A stretch of DNA of 63,900 nt, the filler included, from Craspedostauros australis (taxonomy: Eukaryota): NCBI GenBank assembly GCA_030167865.1. It is 19 parts of 19 records of this genome, joined end to end, with 100 filler letters (N's around TTAATTAATTAA, not from the genome) between each part and the next. Parts side by side here need not be neighbours in the genome. Positions count along the whole stretch, not along the records: positions 58,432 to 59,502 come from JALAGF010001502.1; positions 59,603 to 61,073 come from JALAGF010001504.1; positions 61,174 to 63,900 come from JALAGF010001507.1; 16 more parts are not named here. One strand, 5' to 3'. Made by a program: the position numbers and the translations under genes. This document shows, in pieces, positions 59,111 to 63,900 of this stretch; position 1 is the stretch's first letter, and every line of letters begins with the position of its first letter. The notes below the pieces were generated by a model, which made no database searches, was not told where the DNA came from, and saw nothing but the letters and a program-made list of their open reading frames with translations.

Positions 59111-61274
59111 GTTGAAGTCTGTATTAGCGCACGCTAAATCTCTAACAATAGCGACACCCGTCGACCAATCAGAAATCTCCACTTTTCTTACCTTTTCCGT
59201 TCCGAANGGAAATTTTGGTCGAAAATCCGTTGTGTCAGATTTGTGTCGCATTTCGCGTCGCAAGAATCGTTTTCCCTCAATCACAGATCCAAAAATGTCG
59301 TGGAAATTGATTTCTTGCCAAGATGAGCCAATCTGCCCAATCAGGACAGACTTGGATCTTGGGTGTGACACGTGCGAATCTTGCCCTGACCTTCTCAAGT
59401 GAATACGATCAATCGTGCGATCGTACTACTAGCAACATCGTGAGAAGACGTAATTTACAACACGGGCTATCGCGGTGTTTTGTTCATTGACTTTTGCACC
59501 TCNNNNNNNNNNNNNNNNNNNNNNNNNNNNNNNNNNNNNNNNNNNNTTAATTAATTAANNNNNNNNNNNNNNNNNNNNNNNNNNNNNNNNNNNNNNNNNN
59601 NNGGTCGCGATCGGCTTCGCCAGAAACCAAAAAGTGTAGGACAACAGTTTTGGGGATGGGAGAGCACCCATCAGCAGCTTTGATGGTCGAAGATGCCATG
59701 CAAGCATCTTCCAAATCGCCAAGCCACCCATAGAAGATATGTTCATCATTAACACAGGAAAAAAATGTTGTGAGAGTTTTAAGTAATATTGTCTGCAAGA
59801 GGCGTTATCCTAAAATAACCGCCAAGGGGCCTTTTTCGGCACCGACAAAACGGCATGATGGGCTCATCATACGGGTGCGTACCTTCGAGAGCATGCACAC
59901 CCAACCCATTCTGGATGCATCAGGATGTCTTCAGGGAACGTGGTCACGCGCGGGGCGCACGACGAGGGGCTGCGAAGGTCGTAGGAATGAGATACGGATG
60001 CAAACAGTAGCAGCATCACGATCGGCGGTAGTTTTTCGAAATCGTTGGGCTTCAGGACGGGGACCATTTGGGGCATGGGATGCTGATATCAGTGGCGAAG
60101 CTTCATTGAAAGTCGATAGATACAGGATATACGGAGACAGTGTGGTGCGTAGCTTGCAGCAATACGACGGTCACGGGTGCTGAGGGGAGGTCAGGCTGGC
60201 ACCATCCACGATTTGGGGACTCACGAAAAAGCCGAATACATGCCGAAACGACGTTAAAAATAAAGTTGTGATAATTTTAACTTCGATGGTCACCACCGCT
60301 GATAGGAAGCTGTATACATGTACTATTTGGTTTCAACTGGAAACGATGTGTTGTTGTGATATGGCATCATATCCAGTTGTTGGCATTGATTTTGGGCGTG
60401 TTCTGTGTGGGCGTGGTTGGCACACCTCGTGGCACGAAACTCCACGGGTAGTGCTATCACGGAGGCATTCCATGGCACGTCGCGCGCAACATGAAAGAGT
60501 TGCATCATCGTTGTTGTTGCGATTTCGTATGGTGCTCTATTTGTCTTAGCTTCGGTACCATGCGATGCTCACATGGGTCGACGTTTCAGCAACGAATGCA
60601 CTGTGCCATTGCGCTGTGTTGACGTGCTTTGGGGCGACATCCTGCTGTGCTGCATGGTGCCATCGTGCTCGTATCGTGTCCATGTGCTGCCATCGACGCA
60701 AGCGCATGCCGATTCATTGAANNNNNNNNNNNNNNNNNNNNNNNNNNNNNNNNNNNNNNNNNNNNNNNNNNNNNNNNNNNNNNNNNNNNNNNNNNGATGT
60801 ACTTTGATGGTGTGTGATGCGCTGGAGGATCCAACCGCAGCAGATTCGCTTCGTCATGAGGACCACCTCTGGCTGCAGCACCTCTCTTTCTATCACCATC
60901 TGCTCGCGTGTAATGGGATCGCGTGTAATGGGATTGTGTGTGATTGGCTGTGTTGGTGTTGTGTGGGTAGGATCCGCGCGCAGGATGCTTCGTTGCCCAA
61001 TGAGATTCACATCCCACCGCATCTATCCATCTCTGGCGCTGTACTCGTGGGCGACGGATTCGCATACAACAGCNNNNNNNNNNNNNNNNNNNNNNNNNNN
61101 NNNNNNNNNNNNNNNNNTTAATTAATTAANNNNNNNNNNNNNNNNNNNNNNNNNNNNNNNNNNNNNNNNNNNNCATGCCAACATTGCAATGACACTGGCT
61201 TCTTCTGCTGTTGCAAAACAGAATTGAAGCATGCCTTCTTTCCAGTTCTCACAAAAATCAACAGCAGCGCGCTC

Positions 61275-63690
61275 AATCACCTTCCGCCCCAGTGATGGAG
61301 AGCATCATCAATGCGAACAACCCATCACACCAACAGCAGCGTGCTCCATCAACTTCCACCCCAGTGACGGACAGCATCATCAATGCAAACAACTCACAAA
61401 ACCAACAGCAGCGCACTCGATCAACTTCCACTTCAGTGATGGGGAGCATCATCAATGCTAACAACTCACCAAACCAACAGCACCGTGCTCGATCAACTTC
61501 CACTCCAGCGATTGAGAACATCAGCAATGCGCGCAACTCACCAAACCAACAGCAGCATGCCCGATCAACTTCCACTCCAGTGATGGAGAGCATCATCAAT
61601 GCGCGCAACCCATCAAACCAACGGCAGCATGCTCAATCAACTTCCACCCCAGCAATGGAGAGCATCAGCAATGCGCACAACTCACCAAACCAACAGCAGC
61701 ATGCTCGATCAACTTCCACCCCAGTGACGGGCAGCATCATCAATGCGCGCAACTCACCAAACCAACGGCACCGTGCTCGATCAACTTCCACCCCAGTGGA
61801 CAGCATCATCAACGCAAACAACTCACCAAACCAACATCAGCACACTCGATCAACTTCCACCCCAGCAATGGAGAGCATCAGCAATGCGAACAACTCACCA
61901 AACCAACAGCTGCACACTCGATCAACTTCCACCCCAGTGACGGACAGCATCATCAATGCAAACAACTCACAAAACCAACAGCAGCATGCTCGATCAACTT
62001 CCACCCCAGCAATGGAGAGCATCATCAATGCAAACAACTCACCAAACCAATGACAGCGTGCTCAATCAACTTCCACTCCAGTAATGGACAGCATCAGCAA
62101 TGCGCGCAACTCACCAAACCAACGGCAGCGTGCTCGATCAACTTCCACTCCAGTGACAGACAGCATCAGCAATGCGAGCAACTCAACAAACCAACGGCAG
62201 CGTACTCGATCAACTTCCACCCCAGTGACGGACAGCATCAGCAATGCGCGCAACTCACCAAACCAACAGCAGCGTGCTCGATCAACTTCCACTCCAGTGA
62301 CAGACAGCATCAGCAATGTGAGCAACTCACCAAACCAACGGCAGCGTGCTCGATCAACTTCCACTCCAGTGACAGACAGCATCAGCAATGCGAGCAACTC
62401 AACAAACCAACGGCAGCGTGCTCGATCAACTTCCACTCCAGTGACAGACAGCATCAGCAATGTGAGCAACTCACCAAACCAATGGCAGCGTGCTCGATCA
62501 ACTTCCACTCCAGTGACAGACAGCATCAGCAATGCGAGCAACTCAACAAACCAACGGCAGCGTGCTCGATCAACTTCCACTCCAGTGACGGACAGCATCA
62601 GCAATGCAAACAACTCACCAAACCAACAGCAGCATGCTCGATTAACTTCCACCTCAGTGACGGACAGCATCAGCAATGCGCGCAACTCACCAAACCAACG
62701 GCAGCACATTCGATCAACTTCCACCCCAGTGACGGAGAACATCATCGATGCGCGCAACTCACCAAACCAACAGCAGCATGCTCGATCAACTTCCACTCCA
62801 GTTACGGGCAGCATCATCAATGCGCGCAACTCACAAAACCAACGGCACCGTGCTCGATCAACTTCCACCCCAGTGACAGAGAGCATCATCAATGCAAACA
62901 ACTCACAAAACCAACAGCAGCGCAATCGATCAACTTCCACCCCAGTGATGGACAGCATCAGCAATGCAAACAACTCACCAAACCAACAGCAGCATGCTCG
63001 ATCAACTTCCACCCCAGTGATGGAGAGCATCATCAATGCGAACAACTCGCCAAACCAACAGCAGCATGCTCGATCAACTTCCACTCCAGTAATGGACAGC
63101 ATCAGCAATGCGCGCAACTCAACAAACCAACGGCAGCGTACTCGATCAACTTCCACCCCAGTGACGGACAGCATCAGCAATGCAAACAACTCACAAAACC
63201 AACGGCAGCGTACTCGATCAACTTCCACTCCAGTGATGGACAGCATCAGCAATGCGCGCAACTCACAAAACCAACAGCAGCGTACTCGATCAACTTCCAC
63301 TCCAGTGACGGACAGCATCATCAATGCGAACAACTCAACAAANCAACGGCACCATGCTCGATCAACTTCCACTCCAGTGACGGACAGCATCAGCAATGCA
63401 AACAACTCACAAAACCAACGGCACCGTGCTCGATCAACTTCCACTCCAGCAATGGAGAGCATCATCAATGCGAACAGCTCACCAAACCAACAGCAGCATG
63501 CTCGATCAACTTCCACTCCAGTGACGGACAGTATCATCAATGCGAACAACTCAACAAAGCAACGGCACCATGCTCGATCAACTTCCACCCCAGTGATGGA
63601 GAGCATCATCAATGCAAACAACTCACCAAACCAACAGCAGCATGCTCGATCAACTTCCACCCCAGTGACGGACAGCATCAGCAATGCGAG
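61275..63690 (+). repeat. 72-bp tandem repeat (about 33 copies), probably coding (STSTPVTDSISNANNSPNQQQRAR)n
   Basis: Recurring ATCAACTTCCAC(T/C)CCAG every 72 nt. The frame continues into unique sequence at both ends, with one TGA at 62051. Confidence 0.9.
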
Positions 63691-63900
63691 CAACAATGGG
63701 CAGGGTGTCAGCACTGGCGCATTCAGCATGCATAATGCAACACAGGACCCAAATCCACAGTCAGCCACCGCACCTGTTGATGGTGACATCCATCAAGTGT
63801 CCCAGAGTCCACCTCAACATATTTCAGTTGCGCCAAACCAATCCTTGATTGGTGTTGCCACTGGCCTCGGTGTATGCCTCAACAGTGGCGACGACAACAC

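Noticed and set aside
20112..61173. Recurring TTAATTAATTAA between N-runs as a biological repeat or piggyBac target
   Set aside because: Fixed 100-nt artificial linker. Adjacency across it is meaningless, and ORFs ending in X..LIN are artefacts.
62050..63789. 561-aa Cys/His-rich plus ORF and 575-aa hydrophobic minus ORF
   Set aside because: Alternative frames of the 72-bp array that close shortly outside it. The STSTP frame extends into unique sequence on both sides.

Overview
Eukaryotic DNA, most consistent with a diatom (GT-AG introns, diatom-type gene families, CoDi-like copia and Ambal-like LINE elements). The window is not one locus. It is 19 contigs joined by an artificial 100-nt linker (N44-TTAATTAATTAA-N44), so only neighbours within a contig are truly adjacent. 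Contig 1 (1-20111) carries an RNI-like protein, an RVxF-family protein, a secreted Cys-rich protein with a PLA2-like CxxHDxC motif, and three tandem type-II-membrane LRR paralogs that share a 209-bp terminal exon, with an ankyrin-BTB gene between the first two. Other contigs hold TAM41, a PX-BAR sorting nexin, a chalcone-isomerase-fold protein, a TM-EF-hand gene, copia gag/pol/RT pieces, two RNase H-bearing LINEs, Harbinger- and piggyBac-like remnants and several satellites. The strongest candidate for an undescribed system is an ankyrin-coiled-coil-BTB/BACK family seen on three contigs. Its 34-aa repeats keep a fixed framework and vary mainly at the positions randomised in DARPin libraries. 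It shares a non-coding upstream module and sits in a ~3.7-kb repeated unit containing a fragment of an unrelated host gene family. All three copies have lost the BTB fusion by different lesions while the ankyrin ORF stays open. A candidate -1 ribosomal frameshift signal (G_GAU_UUU plus stem/pseudoknot) links gag and pol of a copia element.
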